Shown: positions 1 through 13,639 of the stretch, in pieces
How positions within the stretch are numbered: the first letter of the stretch is position 1
Layout of the letters: each line of letters begins with the position of its first letter
Assembly: GCA_026770705.1 (NCBI GenBank)
Contig: JANJGN010000026.1
Location: 36,270,001 to 36,334,000, forward strand
Origin: Isurus oxyrinchus
Lineage: Eukaryota
Direction: 5' to 3'
Length of the DNA: 64,000 nt
The notes under the pieces: generated by a model
Database searches by the model: none
Seen by the model: the letters and a program-made list of their open reading frames with translations, nothing else
What the model was told of the DNA's origin: nothing
Position numbers and translations under genes: made by a program

Positions 1-284
1 GCGATGGGGAAAAGCTTCTTTCTCGGATTCGCCTTCGGTAAAGGCACAGAGCAGGGCCGCCACTTTCTCCCAGTTCCAGACCCGGATTAACGGCCGCCAT
101 TTTTATTGGGGGCCATTTGCAGCAGGGCTCATGCATGGCATCCATCTTTGTAGGGGGCAATGTTATTGAAATTTTTCCAATTACAAAATGTGAACAATTG
201 TCCATCAAGTTGCTTCACACTTTGAGTTACAATGTCTTATTGATGAGGCAGAACAACGATATATGTCCCAAGTCAGTGACAATC

Positions 285-1300
285 ATTTGTATTTATATTG
301 TGCCTTAAACAGTATAAAACATTCCAATGCATTTCACAGAAATGTTACAAAGTAACATTTGCCACAGCCACATAAGGAGATATTAGGGCAGGTGACCAAA
401 AGCTTTGTCAAAGAGGTAGGCTTAAAGGAATATCTTAAAGGAGGAAAATGACGTGGAGAGGCAGAGAAGTTTAAGAAGGAAATTCCAGAGCTTTTGGCCT
501 AGGCAATTGAAGGAACAGTCACTGATGGCGATTAAAATCAGGAATTCTCAAGAGGCTGGAATTAGATGAGTGCAGAGATCTTGGAGACTGTGTGCTGGTG
601 GTGGAGATTGTGGAGATAGGAATGATCACAACCATGGAAGAAAACAAGAATGAGAATTTTATCCTTTTGTCTATGACATCTTTGGCAATCTCTTCTTTGC
701 CTCCACCTATCACTGGCCCTCTATCCAGCTCTACCTGCCCCACCCCCCTCAACCAGGTTATATTTCACCTCATTTCTATTTCTCCTCTGTTGTGATGAAG
801 AGTCATACGAACTCAAAACGTTAACTGTATTCCTCTCCGCAGAGGCTGTCAGACCTGCTGAGTTTTTCCAGCTATTTTTGTTTTTGTTTGAGAATTTTAA
901 AAGTTGGTGCTTCTTAACTGGGAGCATTTGTAGGTCAGCGAGAACAGTGGCAGTGGGTGAACAAGGTAGTGCGAGTAAATACAAGCATCAGAGCTTTGAA
1001 TGACCTCAAGATTACGGGGGTGGAGGGGGCTGGTTTAATGTTGAATGTTGAAGGCCGACTGGGCATGTGTTAGGATAGTTTAGCCTTGCATTAACAAAGG
1101 AATCGATAATGGTTTCTGCAGGAGATAAACTGAGACAAAGGTGGAGTCAGACCATATTACTGAGGTATCTTGGTGGTGATGTGGATATGTGGTTGGAAGC
1201 TCATCTGGGAGTCATCTATGACACCGTGGTTGTGAACAATCTGGTTCAGCTTCAGAGGAAATTTCTGCGCATCCCGTACTTGATGTCAGACAAGTCAGGA
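285..1300 (-). mobile_element. L2-clade LINE 3' fragment, degenerate, split by a Penelope-like insert
   Basis: Minus strand ends in an L2-type tail (..AAGGCACAATATAAATACAAA) and resembles the other L2 pieces in the window; no intact ORF. Confidence 0.55.
662..888 (+). mobile_element. Penelope-like element terminal fragment with decayed hammerhead core
   Basis: Flanked by an 11-bp direct repeat TGAGAATTTTA (651-661, 889-899). Homologous to 55705-55930. Hammerhead core mutated (GTGATGA...AAAACGTT, ~788-827). Confidence 0.65.
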
Positions 1301-1499
1301 TGGTGCGTGACTTGGGTGGGAACTTGGAGGTGCTGGTGTTCACATACCCTGGTCTGTCTAGGTGGTGGAATCTGAGGGTTTGGGTGATTCTGTCAACGTC
1401 AAATTATAGATATCAAATTTTTCTCCTTCACCACCTGCCTCTCCCACCTCTCTTTCTCTCACACACACCCTCTCTCCACCCATAGAACTAGAGTTTTGT

Positions 1500-1790
1500 T
1501 TAGGCCCAGACCAGATTCCCACCCTGAAGGACATTAGTGAACCAGTTGGGTTTTTACGACAATCCAGCAGTTTTCATGGTCACTTTTTCCTGGTGCTGGC
1601 CCCACAAATTACCAGATTTATTCAGCTCAATTTCACAACATACCTTTGTGTCTTCTGGGTTCTGTCTCACTCTCTTTTTCTCTTTTATATCAATTTCACA
1701 GGATATTGGAAGGAAAGGAGTTGCATCCAGGAAGCGGAAACCAAACATCACATTGGGATCTGAACCCACGTCCGTTACCATCTAGAAGGA
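1500..1790 (+). pseudogene. Truncated zinc-finger gene remnant (intron end plus start of the ZNF exon, no fingers left)
   Basis: Inverted paralog of 8400-8700: both translate MNQLGFYDNPAVFMVT..SW and share the TTTCACAG acceptor. Cut off by the SINE-like repeat at ~1783. Confidence 0.6.
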
Positions 1791-2060
1791 CAAGGCAAGC
1801 AGATAGATGGGAACATCGTCTCCTGGAAGTTCCCCTCCAAGCCACTTACCGTCCTGACTTGGAAATATATTACCATTCCTTCACTGTCGCTGGGTTGAAA
1901 TCCTGGAACTCCCTCCCAAACAGCACTGTGGGTGTACCTACACCACAGGGCTGCTTTAAAAAGGCAGTTCACCCTCTCCTTCTCAAGGGAAATTAGAGAT
2001 GAGCAATAAATGCTGGCCTCGACTGCAATGCCCACATCCAATGATTGAATTAGAAAAAAA
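1783..2060 (+). mobile_element. SINE/LINE 3' tail repeat
   Basis: Ends GCAATAAATGCTGGCC..GCCCACATCC..AAAAAAA, the same tail seen at 3278-3540 (minus), 4265-4335 and 26170-26238. Confidence 0.6.
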
Positions 2061-2089
2061 CAAGTGTGAGGAGCTGATGGGGTTTCTTT

Positions 2090-2780
2090 ATAACTATGAT
2101 TAAGACAATCCTATCAACTGCCTCTGCTGCTTTCCTCCCTTCCACTTACACACCGGGTTCAACTGCCTCTCAAGCTGCTCCTTCTCCTAGCCCTGAACTC
2201 ACATATTTCTTATGTTTATCTGCCATCTCTCCTCATGCCCTCTCAGAACTCATCTTGTCCATGAGAACCACCTCCTGCTCCATTGACCCGTTTCTCACTA
2301 ATCTGCTGATCCTCCAACTTCCCCATTTTCACTGACATTGTTAATGGTTCTCTCTCTCCAGATCCTGTTCCTCTGTCCTTCAAATCTGCCATCATCACCC
2401 CCTCTTCAATAAAACCAATCCTTGACCACAACATATTTACAAACTCCCACCCCATCTCCAACCTCCCTTTTGCATCCAAAGTCCTTGTCACTTCCCAAAT
2501 CCATGCCTATCTTTCCAGGAATTCCATTTTTGAATTCCCCCAATATGACTGTTGCCCCTGTCACAGTGTTGAATGAGCTCTTAGGATCACAACTTACATT
2601 CCATGTCACCAAGATGAACTCTCCCTCCTTGTTCTTCTCGGCCTCTCTGCAGACATTGACACCATGAACCAAACCATCCTCCCCCAATGCCCCTCCACTG
2701 GTGCCCAGCAAGATGGGACATCACGCTCCTGATTCCTTTCTTATCAAATTGTAGCCAGAGGATCACCTGCAGTAGCTGTG
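2090..2780 (+). mobile_element. L2-clade LINE RT fragment
   Basis: Frameshifted paralog of the L2 RT at 6215-7200 (ISPHALSELILSM..SID). Confidence 0.7.
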
Positions 2781-2869
2781 ATTATTTGAATAACACTGTT
2801 ATAGGCTCATTCACTCAATAGGTGATCAGGTATCACAACACTTTGATATAAAAATGTTCCATTATCACC

Positions 2870-5610
2870 CTCACTGGTCTGCACAGGAGGGCTGCTTTGG
2901 GGTGCCTCAGAGTGCTTCAGCTGGAGTTTGATGAGAGAGGGACTTTTAAGGGTTAATTTCTATCTAAAGTATAATTTCTTTAATTTAGCAACTAACTAAA
3001 TGTTGTTCTTTGGGTTGGGAGAAGTTGAGTTTTAGTCTAGCTTTAAAACAGGGGTTATACAGGCTCTGCTTGCAGCTGCAGCTAGTTAATTAGTTAACTG
3101 GCTTAATCAGGTTTTCAGAAGCTAGATTCAGGCAGCATAAAAGAATCCATTGATAGTTATGCTTTTATCTTCACTCGAGTGTTGCTTTGGGTTGCAATGG
3201 AATGCTTAAATTGGCATTTGGTAAGAGAGGGACTTTTAAGGATTAATTTCTCTCTAAAGTCTAACCATTCTTTAACATTTTTATTCATTTATGGGATGTG
3301 GGAATCGCTGGCTAGGCCAGCATTTATTGCCCATCCCTAATTGCCCTTGACAAGGTGGTGGTGAACTGTCTTCTTGAACCACTGTTGTCCACATGGCGTA
3401 GGTACACCCACAGTGCTGTTGGGGAGAAATTCCAGGATTTTTATCCAACAACAGTGAAGGAATGGCAACATACTTCCAAGTTAGGATGGTGAGTGGGTTG
3501 GAGGGAGGTGTTCCCCTCTGTCTGCTGCCCTTGTCCTTCCAAATGTTGCTAAAAGTTACTCTTTGGGTTGGGAGAAAGTGAGTTTTAGCCCAGAGCCAGA
3601 TTATACAGGCTCTGCTTGCAGCTGCAGCTAGTCCATTAGTTAACTGACTTATACAGTTAAGTCATGGCAGGCGGCTCGGCCAAGTGGAATGCTCCTCCTG
3701 TGCGATGTGGGAAGTCAGGGAAACTTCAAGTCTCCAGGTGACCAAGTATGCAGGAAATGTCTCCAGCTGCAACTACTCAAAGTCCACGTTTCAGAGCTGC
3801 AGCTGTGGTCGGAGTCACTGTGGAGCAAAAGCAAAGAAGAAATCTTCGTGGATAACACATACAGCAAGGTGGTCATACCACAGGTAAAGAGTACGCAGGC
3901 AGAAAGTGATTGGGTGACTACCAGACAGAGTAAAAGCATTAGGCAGGTAGTGCAGGGGTTCCCTGGGTCAAAGCAAAGGGGAAACAGTAGCGTAGTGGTA
4001 TTGTTGCTGGACGAATAATCCAGACACCCAGGGTAGTGCTCTGGGAACCTGGGTTTGAATCCCAGCATGGAATTTGAATTTGATAAACAATCTAGAATTT
4101 AAAAAGTCTAAAGACCATGAAACCATTATCGATTGTTGTGAAAACCCATTTGGTTCACTAATGTCCCTTTAAGGAAGGAAAATCTGTCATCCTTACCTGG
4201 TCTGGCCTACATGTGACTCCAGACCCACAGCAATGTGGTTGACTCTTAAATGCCCTCTGAACAAGGGCAATTAGGGATGGGCAATAAATGCTGACCAAGC
4301 CAGTGACGCCCACATCTCATGAATGAATTTTAAAAAGTCTGTGGCATCACGAGTGGCTCAGCTGCACAAGGTGGGGAGAGTGCAAGTGAAATATTGACAG
4401 GGGATTCAATCATAAGGGGAACAGATAGACATTTCTGCGGCCACAGACATGACACCAGGATGGTATGTTGTCTCCCTGGTGCCATCATCAAGGATGTCAC
4501 TGTGTGGCTGCAGGACATTCTGGAGGGATGGGTGAACAGCAAGAGGTCACTGCCCATATAGGTACCAATGATGTAGGGAAAAAGAGGGATGAGATCCTGA
4601 AAGCAGAATATAGGGAGCTGGGAATTAAGTGAAAAAGTAAGACCCCCAGGATTCCCCTGGAATCAGGATTACTCCAAGTGCCGTGTGCTGGAAAGATCAG
4701 GAATAGGAGGACATACCAGATTAATTCATGGCTGGAGAGATGGTGAAGGAGGGAGGGATTTAGATTGCTGAGACATTGGGACTGATTCTGGGGAAGGTGG
4801 GACCTGTACAAGGTGGATGGGTTGCACCCCAGGAGGACTGCAACCAATATCCTCACTGGGATATTTGCTAGTACTGTGGGAGAGGGTTTAAACTAGGCTG
4901 GCGGGGATAGGAAACTGAGCAGGAGACACAAGAGAGTGAAACAAAGATTGGAATGAGAGACAGAAAAGTAGAAAGCAAAAGTGGAAGGCAGAGGAAACAA
5001 GGGCTAGCGGTAAATAGAGCCACAGTACAAAAAAAATGTGTAAAAATGTTAAAAAGTCTAAAGCACAGAACATTCGCAATAAGGTAGATGGATTTACAGT
5101 GCAAGTAGATGTAAACAGATACAATATGACTGTGATTACAGAGACATGGCTGCAGGGTGACCAAGGCTGGGAACTGAATGTCCAAGCATACTCGATGTTT
5201 AGGACAGACAGGAAAAATGGAAAAGGAGGCGGTGTGGCATTGTTAGCTAAGGACAAGTTCGGTGCGATAGTGAGAGAGGAAATTGGCTCAAAAAATCTAG
5301 AAGTAGAATCAGTCTGGGTGGAGCTAAGAAGCAACAATGGGAAGTAAACATTATTGGGTGTTGCCTGTAGGCTTCCAAACAGCAGTGATCAGGTGGGGGT
5401 CAGTATTAAACGGGAAATTAGAGATGCATGTAACAAGGGTGCTACGGTATTCAGGGGTGACTTTAAGCTGCATATAGACTAGGCAAACCAAATTAGCAAT
5501 ATTACTGTGGTGGATGAATTCCTGGAGGGTACAAGATTTTTTTTAGATTAGAATGTCGAGGAACTGACTCGGAAACAGGCTATTCTATATTTGGTATTGT
5601 GCAATGATGG
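2870..5610 (+). mobile_element. CR1 LINE 5' half (5'UTR, ORF1 zinc finger plus SGNH esterase, ORF2 APE start), degenerate
   Basis: CSSCAMWEV..VCRKCLQLQLL (ORF1); GDSIIRG..CCLPGA..HIGTND (esterase); ITETWLQGDQGWELN..GKGGGVALL (APE). Interrupted by two SINEs. Confidence 0.85.
3978..4335 (+). mobile_element. tRNA-derived SINE inserted in CR1 ORF1
   Basis: Pol III A box TAGCGTAGTGG (~3988) and B-box-like GGTTTGAATCCC (~4052); shared 3' tail ending GAATGAATTTTAAAAA. Confidence 0.75.
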
Positions 5611-6214
5611 AGAGTCATACACGCACTCAAAATGTTAACTCTGTTTCTCTCTCCACAGGCGCTGTCAGACCTGCTGAGTGTTTCCAGCATTTCCTGTTTT
5701 TATTTCAGACACCCAGCATCTGCAGTATTTTAGTTTTATGCTAGCATCATAAGGAAATCTTTTCAGTAACAAGTGGTAAGAATTTGGAATTCACTATTGG
5801 ATGGATACAGATTCAAAAGTGACCTTCAAAAGGGAATCGGATAAATTCTTGAAGGAGAAATGATGCTGGGATGGGGTAAAGAATGGGGGAGTGGGACTAA
5901 CTGGATAGCTTGCTGAATTTGTCAGCACAGATTCAATAGGCCAAATGGCCTCCTTCTCTGCTGTGGTTTGATGACAATCTGTCATTTATAATAATGGAAC
6001 GATTCATAATAAACATACGATAGTATCTCATAGAGCACGGATGGTGGCCATTCAGCCCACTGTGCCTGTCCTGTCTCTGAAAATGTTACCAATCTGTTGC
6101 ACTTGCCTGCCCTTTTCCGATCGCCCTCAAAATCTTTACTTATGAAGTTGAAATTCAATTCACTTTTGAAAGTTACTACTGAATCTGCTTCTACCAGTCA
6201 TTCAGACAATGACT

Positions 6215-7200
6215 TCAGTCTTCCCAAGGTTTAATTTGAAGAAATTTCTGCACATCCACCACCAGATATCAGACAAACAGTCTGATAATTTACCAAGAGT
6301 GGAGAAGTCGAGAGAGGTGTTGGTGAGGCAGAGCTAGGAGCTGTCAGTGTAAATGTGATAACTGACAGTGTTTTCAGATTATCATTGTGTAGAGCAGGTT
6401 AATGAGAAATAAGTGGAGACCAAGGCTGGATCCTTTGGGGACACCAGCGGTAACTCTGGGATTGGAAAGGGAAGATATTGCAAGTGAGTCTCTGGCTATG
6501 ATTAGACAGAGAAGAATAGAACCAGGATAGAGCAGCCCCATCCAGCTGGATGACAGGGGAGAGGCGAAGGTGCAGAATGATGTGGTCAACATTGCCAAAG
6601 GCTGCAGACAGGTCGAGGATGAGAAGGGAGAGTTTATCTTTGTCACAGTCACATAGGATGTCATTTGTGACTTTGATAAGAGCTGTTTCAGTACTGTGAC
6701 AGGGGCGGAAACCTGACTGGAGGGATTCAAACATGGAGTTCTGGGAAAAATGGGCACAGATTTGGGAGGTGACAACAAGGACTTTGGAGAGGAAAGGGAG
6801 GATGGAGATGGGGCAATAGTTTGGAAAGACACTGGGGTCAAGCATTTGTTTTTTGAGAAGGGTATAATGATCTGAAAGAGAGAGGGATAGTACCTGAGAG
6901 AGAAAACTATTGACATAGTCAGTGGACATTGGGAAGTTGAGTGATCAGCAGTTTAGTGGGAGAAGAGTCGATGGAGAAGGAGGTGGGTTTCATGGATAAG
7001 ATGAGCTCTGAGAGGGCATGAGGGGAGATGGGAGGGAAACTACAGAAAGATGAGAGTTCAGGGCTCAGGTAACAGGGAACTTCAGGGAGGGCAAGTGGAA
7101 GGGAGGGAAGCAGCAAAGGCAGCTGATCGGATTGTCTCAATCCTAGTGACAAAGAAGCTCCATGAGCTCCTCACACTTGTTATTGGAGGTGAGGATGGAG
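6215..7200 (-). mobile_element. L2-clade LINE RT fragment
   Basis: ORF 6399-6929: NYCPISILPFLSKVL..QSGFRPCHSTETALIKVTNDIL..LLILDLSAAF; GVPKGSSLG in the neighbouring frame. Confidence 0.85.
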
Positions 7201-7420
7201 GAGACGGGGAGAGGGAGAGCACTTCAAAAGGAACTAACTTGTGTTAGTGATATTAAAAAGATTCAACATGGTGTGTCTTTAACACAAAACTAATTTATTT
7301 GACTTTTCGCCAGATTAGACCCTGTAAGTGGGCTGTAGTTTATTAACATCAGCGGAAACAGGCCCCAATGAACATGATTCAGTCCTAGATGTGATGAACA
7401 GCAAAATCCCATCACTGTCG

Positions 7421-8385
7421 TTACTTGTGAATTCGCTGGTGTCTCAGCAGGTGGGGTGAATGAGTGAATCTCTTCCCACACTGGGCGCAAGTGAATGGTC
7501 TCTCCTCAGTGTGAACTCGCTGATGTATCAGTAGGTTGTTTGAGGTAGTGAATCTCTTCCCAAACTGAGGGCAGGTGAATGGCCTCTCTCCTGTGTGAAT
7601 TCGTTGGTGTGTCAGCAGGTTGGATGAGGTAATGAATCTCTTCCCACACTGAGGGCAGGAAAACGGCCTCTTCCCACTGTGAATTTGCTGGTGTCTCAGC
7701 AGGCTAGATAACTGAGTGAATCCCTTCCCACACTGGGGCAGCTAAATGGCCTCTCCCCAGTGTGAACTTGCTGGTGTGTCAGCAGGTGGGATGACCAAGT
7801 GAATCCCTTCCCACACTCAGAGCAGATAAATGGTCTCTCCCCCATGTGAACTCGCAGATGTCTCAGCAGGTGGGGTGAATAAATGAATCCCTTCCCACAA
7901 GTGGAGCAGGTGAACGGCCTCTCCCCAGTGTGAATTCGCTGGTGTACAATGAGTTGAGATGATCGCCTGAACCCATTCCCGCATTGAGAGCATTTAAATG
8001 GTCTCTTGTCAGTGTGAACACACTGATAGTACATCAGCTCCCAGGAACTTTTAAAGCACTTCCCACAGTCTGGGCATTTAAAAGGTCTCACGTCACTGTG
8101 AACTTGCTGGTGTCTCAGCAAGTTGCATGAGAGGGTAAATCCCTTCCCACACGTGGAGCAGGTGAACGGCCTCTCCCCAGTGTGACTGCGCTGATGCTCT
8201 TCCAGCTCTGACGGGAATCTGAATCCCTTCCCACAGTCCCCACATTTCCATGGTTTCTCCCCGATGTGGCTGCACTTGTGTCTTGACAGGTCAGATGATT
8301 GGTTGAAGCCTTGTCCACACACAGGACATGTGTACAATTTCTCTCCACTGTGAACGGTACTTTTTCCTTCCATGTTCAAAATCAA
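7421..8385 (-). CDS. C2H2 zinc-finger protein (about 11 fingers, no KRAB), one frameshift near 7735
   Basis: ORF 7696-8385 has tandem CxxCGKGF..HxxxHTGERPF repeats. Four more fingers continue in another frame to TAA at 7421-7423. Confidence 0.85.
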
Positions 8386-10269
8386 ATGATATTCAGGTTA
8401 TGATAAATCGGACGAATGTCAGATTCTGCTGTGATGTTTAGTTTCTGTTTCCCGACTGCAAATCCTCCCCTTGTAATCCCCTGTGAAACTGATTTAAAAC
8501 AGAAAAAAGGGAGTGAGAGAGAATCCACAAAAACACAAAGGCAGGTTGTGAAATCGAGCTGAATGAATCTGGTAATGTGTGGGGCTGGCACCAGGATAAA
8601 GTGACCATGAAAACTGCCGGATTGTCATAAAAACCCAACTGGTTCACTAATGCCCTTCAGGGAATGGAACCTGCCACCCCTGGTCTGGGTTACACAGGAC
8701 TCTGGCCTCCATGGGAGGAAAGAGAGAGGTGGGAGGTGCAGGGGGTGAAGATGTGTTTAATACATCTTCAGCTCAACCAGAACTTTGGCAGAATATCCCA
8801 AACCCTCAACATCCACTACCTAGAAGGACGAAGGTAACAGATGTCAGTGAACATCATCACCTCCAACTCACACACTGTCCTAACTTGTCTGACATCCAGT
8901 ACTGGATGAGCAGAAATTTCCTCCATTTAAATGTTGGGAAGATGAAAGCCATTGTCTCCACTCCCTAACCACCGACTCCATCCCTCTTGCAGCTCTCTGA
9001 GGCTGAACCAGACTGTTCACAACCTTGTTGTCATATTTCAGCCCAAGCTGAGCTTGTGACTACAAATCACTAAAACCATCCATTTCCACCTCAGTAACAT
9101 TGCCCAGCTGTGCCCCTGCCTCAGAGCACAGCCCGGTCCCCATGCTGGCGCTCTGGGTTCCTGTTCTCATTGATAGGGGACTTTCTGACCCACAGGGCAT
9201 TCTGGATAAACCAGCTGTCAATGATACCAATCAGTGAACGGGCATTTTTTTCCCCCAGTTGGTAAAACAGAAGGTCCATGCATGGGGGCGGATATTGGAC
9301 AGGAAGCACAATGAGGGGTTCAGACACTTTATTAAATACTCACAGCAGAAGCACATTAATCTGATCGGAGATCACTTCCTCATGAGCAGCCAGCGGTGTG
9401 CAGCCTCCTGAGATTCCGGGCCCTTTCCAGTCAGTATTTCTAGGAGCTGGGACACAGAAAAGAGTCTCAGTAAATTCAGGGATTTATTTGTTCACTGCTT
9501 TACAATGGGTCTGGGCTCATATTTGAAGTTTGTGCAGCCTGTGACTCCCTGGGATTATTAACCCTCCCCCTCCAGAGCCTTTGGGCTCTCTATTGCTTTT
9601 CAATGTCCTCCTGGCCTTGTTGTATCTGATCCAATAAAAAACCTTCCTTACATCACACAGGGAACAGCTTGAGACATGTTCTGACTTTTCACCTCAATCT
9701 TATTCTGCTGAATGATCTCATTGACCATTCCCTTTCTCTCGATCAGTGCGTCCACCATCTCTTTTCTGGATTTCACTCCTTCTTGTTCCAGGATTTCATC
9801 TCTCTGCCTTTTATTTCTTTTACTGAAGATTCCTGTCCATTGCTGCCTCACAGCCTCGTCCTGTTCCCACATATTCTCCATGTCTAAGTGCTTCTCAGCT
9901 GCTGTGTCAGCCGTGCCCTCTATTCCAGCCCAGTCACCGATCTCTCTCTTCCCTCCACCCTTTTTACTGGTGTCACTATCACAGGGACAATCACAGTGTT
10001 TTCCGAAAACTGCCTTAACATCGGGGTCTTGGCAACTGGGTGGTCACAGTCCACCCATCTCTCTCCCTGCATTCAGACTAATAAGATTCCTGGATAATTC
10101 CCTTATCATCTGAAGATCGCGGTTCTTGTAGATGGGATGACATAGCCTTGGGGATGGGTGTGTGGTGTTCAGGGCACATATTACAGGAACTATTTTAAAT
10201 CTTCTATCACTACATCAGCTTTGTGAGTATAAGTGATAATTAAGCCATTTGTGGGACCGATTTCTTATG

Positions 10270-11290
10270 GCAGGGCAGATTGAGGGGTTATCAGTGAAGC
10301 ATATGGGGTCTTGGCCTTCATAAATAGAGGTACTGAGTACAAAAACAGGGAAGTGCACCAACAGAGAGTTGTCAGGATCTGGAACTCTCTCTTTGAAAAG
10401 ATGTTGGAACCTGATTCTATATCTAGCCTCCGCCCACTTGTCCTAGATTCCCCAACCAGTGGAAATGGTTCCTCTCTATCCATCCTGTCAGTTCCAATTA
10501 ATATCCCAAAAACTTTGATCAAATCAGCTCTTATTCTTATAAATTCCAGGGATTACAACCCTCACAGTGAGGTGAAGACTTTTATCAGGAGGAATAGGGA
10601 GAGGGAAAATATTATTCATGGCACAGCTCTAAAGAGTGTGCAGGGACAGAGGGACCTGGGGCTTCATGTGCTTTGATCTCTGAAGGTGACAGAATGTATT
10701 AAGAGAGTGGTTAGCAAAGCCGATTGGATCTTGAGCTTCATAACTAGTGATATTGAGAACAAAAACAGGGAAGTTATGCTGACTTCTTTATAAAGCTCTG
10801 GTTAGGCCACAGTTCGAGAATTGCATCCAGTTCTGGTCACCTCACTTTAGGAAGGATGTGAAGGTCGTTGAGAAGGTGCAGAGGAGATTTACCAGAATGG
10901 CTCCTGCAAAGGAGGTTGAGGGGAGATTGGTAGAGGTGTACAAGATTATGACTGGTTTAGATATGGGGACAAAGAAAAGCTATTCCCATCAGCTGATCAG
11001 ACAAGGACTCAAGGACAGAGGTTTAAGATTTTGGGTAAAAGGTGTGGGAGATGTGAGGAAGAATATTTTTACACAGTGAGTGGTAATGACCTGGAGGCTA
11101 CTGCCTATGAGGTGGGTGGAAATGGACATGGTGAGCGATTTCAAAAGGAAATTGGACAGAAGCATGAGGGAAATAAACTTGCAAGGATACGGGGATAGAG
11201 CAGGGAATGGGACTGATTGGATTGCTCTACATAGCTGGCATGGACTCAATGGGCCTAATGGCCTCCTCTGTGCCACAATAACTCTGTGAC
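10270..11290 (+). mobile_element. CR1 LINE 3' fragments
   Basis: YKALVRPQFENCIQFWSPHFRKDV, VQRRFTRM, VEVYKIM motifs and a CR1-type 3' end. Confidence 0.8.
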
Positions 11291-12001
11291 TCCTTTGTGC
11301 AATCTCATTCTGTAACTTAACCCTTGGAGCTCAGATCACTCAGGTAAATATGTGCTACACTCCCTCCTAGGCCTTTCTATCCTTCCTGATGTTTGTTGCC
11401 CAGAACTGAACACAGTTCTTCAGGTGTGCTCTAACCAGGATTTGTGTGTCTCGGCATTTTTCCAGTCACACCTGAAATCGTCTCAGAATCACACAGTGCA
11501 GAAGAGGCCCTTCAGCCCATCGAGTCTGCACCAACACGTGAGAAACACCTGACCTACCTACCTAATCCCATTTACCAGCATTTGGCCCATAGCCTTGAAT
11601 GTTGGTCAAGATGTCAAGGCCCACTGGTCCCTAATGAGCCCTACTCTTTCCCTGGTTATCCTCTTCCCATTGGCATTGAAAAAAAATTTAGATCCCTGCA
11701 GTTAAATCTTTCAGAGACTGAATTGTAGATTTTTCACCAAATATCAATTTACGATTGTAGTAAAAGTTCATAATTTTATTGTCAAGGGGTTCCCGCTGAA
11801 AGTTTTTGAAATTAAGGGGAAGGATCACAGATGGTGCTTTTAAAAAGGGACACTGCAACCCTGAAAATCAGTGATATCTCCAGAATATTAAACTCGAGCC
11901 AGTTATACGGTTGTGAACATCAGCAGAAACAAAATATTGCCAGACTATCAATACTAAACAAGCTTACAAGCAGCAAGAACAGCAGGATCCAAACCCTGCA
12001 G

Positions 12002-12924
12002 TCACTTATGAACTTGCTGATGTCTCAGGAGGCATCGTGACTGAGTGAATCCCTTCCCACACACTGAGAGTTGAATAACCTCTTCTCAATGTGAGTGCGT
12101 TGGTGGGTCAGCAGGTTGAAAGATTTTGCAAATCCCTTCCCACACAGCGAGCAAGTGAATGGCTTCTCCCCAGTGTGAACTCGCTGGTGTGCGGTGAGGT
12201 TGGATGACCGACTGAATCCTTTCCCACATACGGAGCATGTGAATGGTCTCACCAGAGTGTGAGTGCATTGGTGAGCAGTGAGGTTGGATGACTGCCTGAG
12301 ACTCTTCCCACAGGAAGTGCAGCTAAATGGCTTCTCCCCAGTGTGAATTCGCTGGTGTCTCAGCAGGTTGGGTAAAACTGTGAATCCCTTCCCACACATG
12401 GAGCAGGCAAATTGTCTCTCCCCAGTGTGAACTTGCTGGTGTAAAATGAGGGAGGATGCCTGCCGGAAACTCTTTCCACAGGAAGTGCAACTGAATGGCT
12501 TCTCTTCAATGTTAATTCGCTGGTGTGACAGCAGGTGGGATAACCCAGTGAATCCTTTCCCACACACAGAGCAAGTGAACAGCCTCTCTCCAGTGTGAAC
12601 TCGCTGCTGTGTCAGGTGGAATGACTGAGTAAATCCCTTCCCACACTCGGAGCAGGTGAATGGCCTCTCCCCAGTGTGAGTGCATTGGTGTACAGTGAGT
12701 GCAGAAGAATGCCTGAACCTCTTTCCACAGGAAGTGCAGTTGAATAGCTTCTCCTCAGTGTGAATGCACTGGTGTGACCAAAGGCCAGATGACTGAGTAA
12801 ATCCCTCCCCGCACATAGAACAGGTGAATGGCCTCTCCCCTGTGTAACTGCGTTTATTGTTTTCCAGCAGATATGAGTAACTGAATCCTTTCCCAGAGTC
12901 CTCACATTTCCATGGTTTCTCCAT
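12002..12924 (-). CDS. C2H2 zinc-finger protein (about 10-11 fingers, several degenerate; late frameshift)
   Basis: ORF 12025-12924 with HTGERPF/HTGEKPF linkers. The last finger is out of frame and ends ..HK* at ~12002. Decayed fingers continue upstream to ~13090. Confidence 0.8.
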
Positions 12925-13093
12925 AGTGCGGGTGTCTTTGTGTCTCTCCAGGTTGAATGATCAGTTGAAACCTTGTCCAGACACAGACCATGTGTATGGT
13001 TTCTCCTCGCTGTGACCGATGTGATGCTTTTTCAGGCTGTTCAGCTGGTTAAAGCTCTTTCCACAGTCAGTTCACTGAAACACTCTCACTCGG

Positions 13094-13114
13094 GTGTGTG
13101 TGTGTGTGTGTGTG
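13094..13114. repeat. (TG)n microsatellite
   Basis: GTGTGT.. run upstream of the ZNF ORF. Confidence 0.9.
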
Positions 13115-13639
13115 TCTCGGTGTTTTTCCAGTGACACTGAAGTTAAGTATCTTTCCCCACGAACAGAACAGACAAACATTTCTCCTTCCACATTCAAAAT
13201 CCGAGGATATTCAGGTTCTGGTGAACCGGGTGACTCTGTCAGAAGATGTTCGGTTTGAGTTTCACATCTGCAAATCCTTCCCTTCTAATACCCTGGAAAA
13301 CGAGTTTATAAAAGTCATCACTGTCAGTCCGGGATGGAAAGGCAGAACAAACAATTCTAGTTTTCGTGGAATATTGTTTTTTCTCTTGTTCCCCCAAAGC
13401 TGTAAATTCACGTACAACACACTCTCCCTCCTCCCTGGGCTGAAATCCAAACCCATCTCCTCCATTTCTTTCCTCCACTCACAATTTTCTCCCTCCGTCT
13501 CCTCTGCCTGGGTTCAATTCTCCAGCTCCTGTCTGCAGACTGACAATAAAATCAATGAATTAATCATTTTCCAAAATCCAGCCCTGTCAGTCCAGGATAG
13601 AAATGCACAATATTCTCTCCTCCTGCTGACAAAGGCAGG

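Noticed and set aside
3978-4070. tRNA gene
   Set aside because: A/B boxes run on into a SINE body and tail; no convincing cloverleaf.
9648-9662. CaaX prenylation motif (PCVM*)
   Set aside because: Cys is third, not fourth, from the end, and the stop may be a decay mutation.
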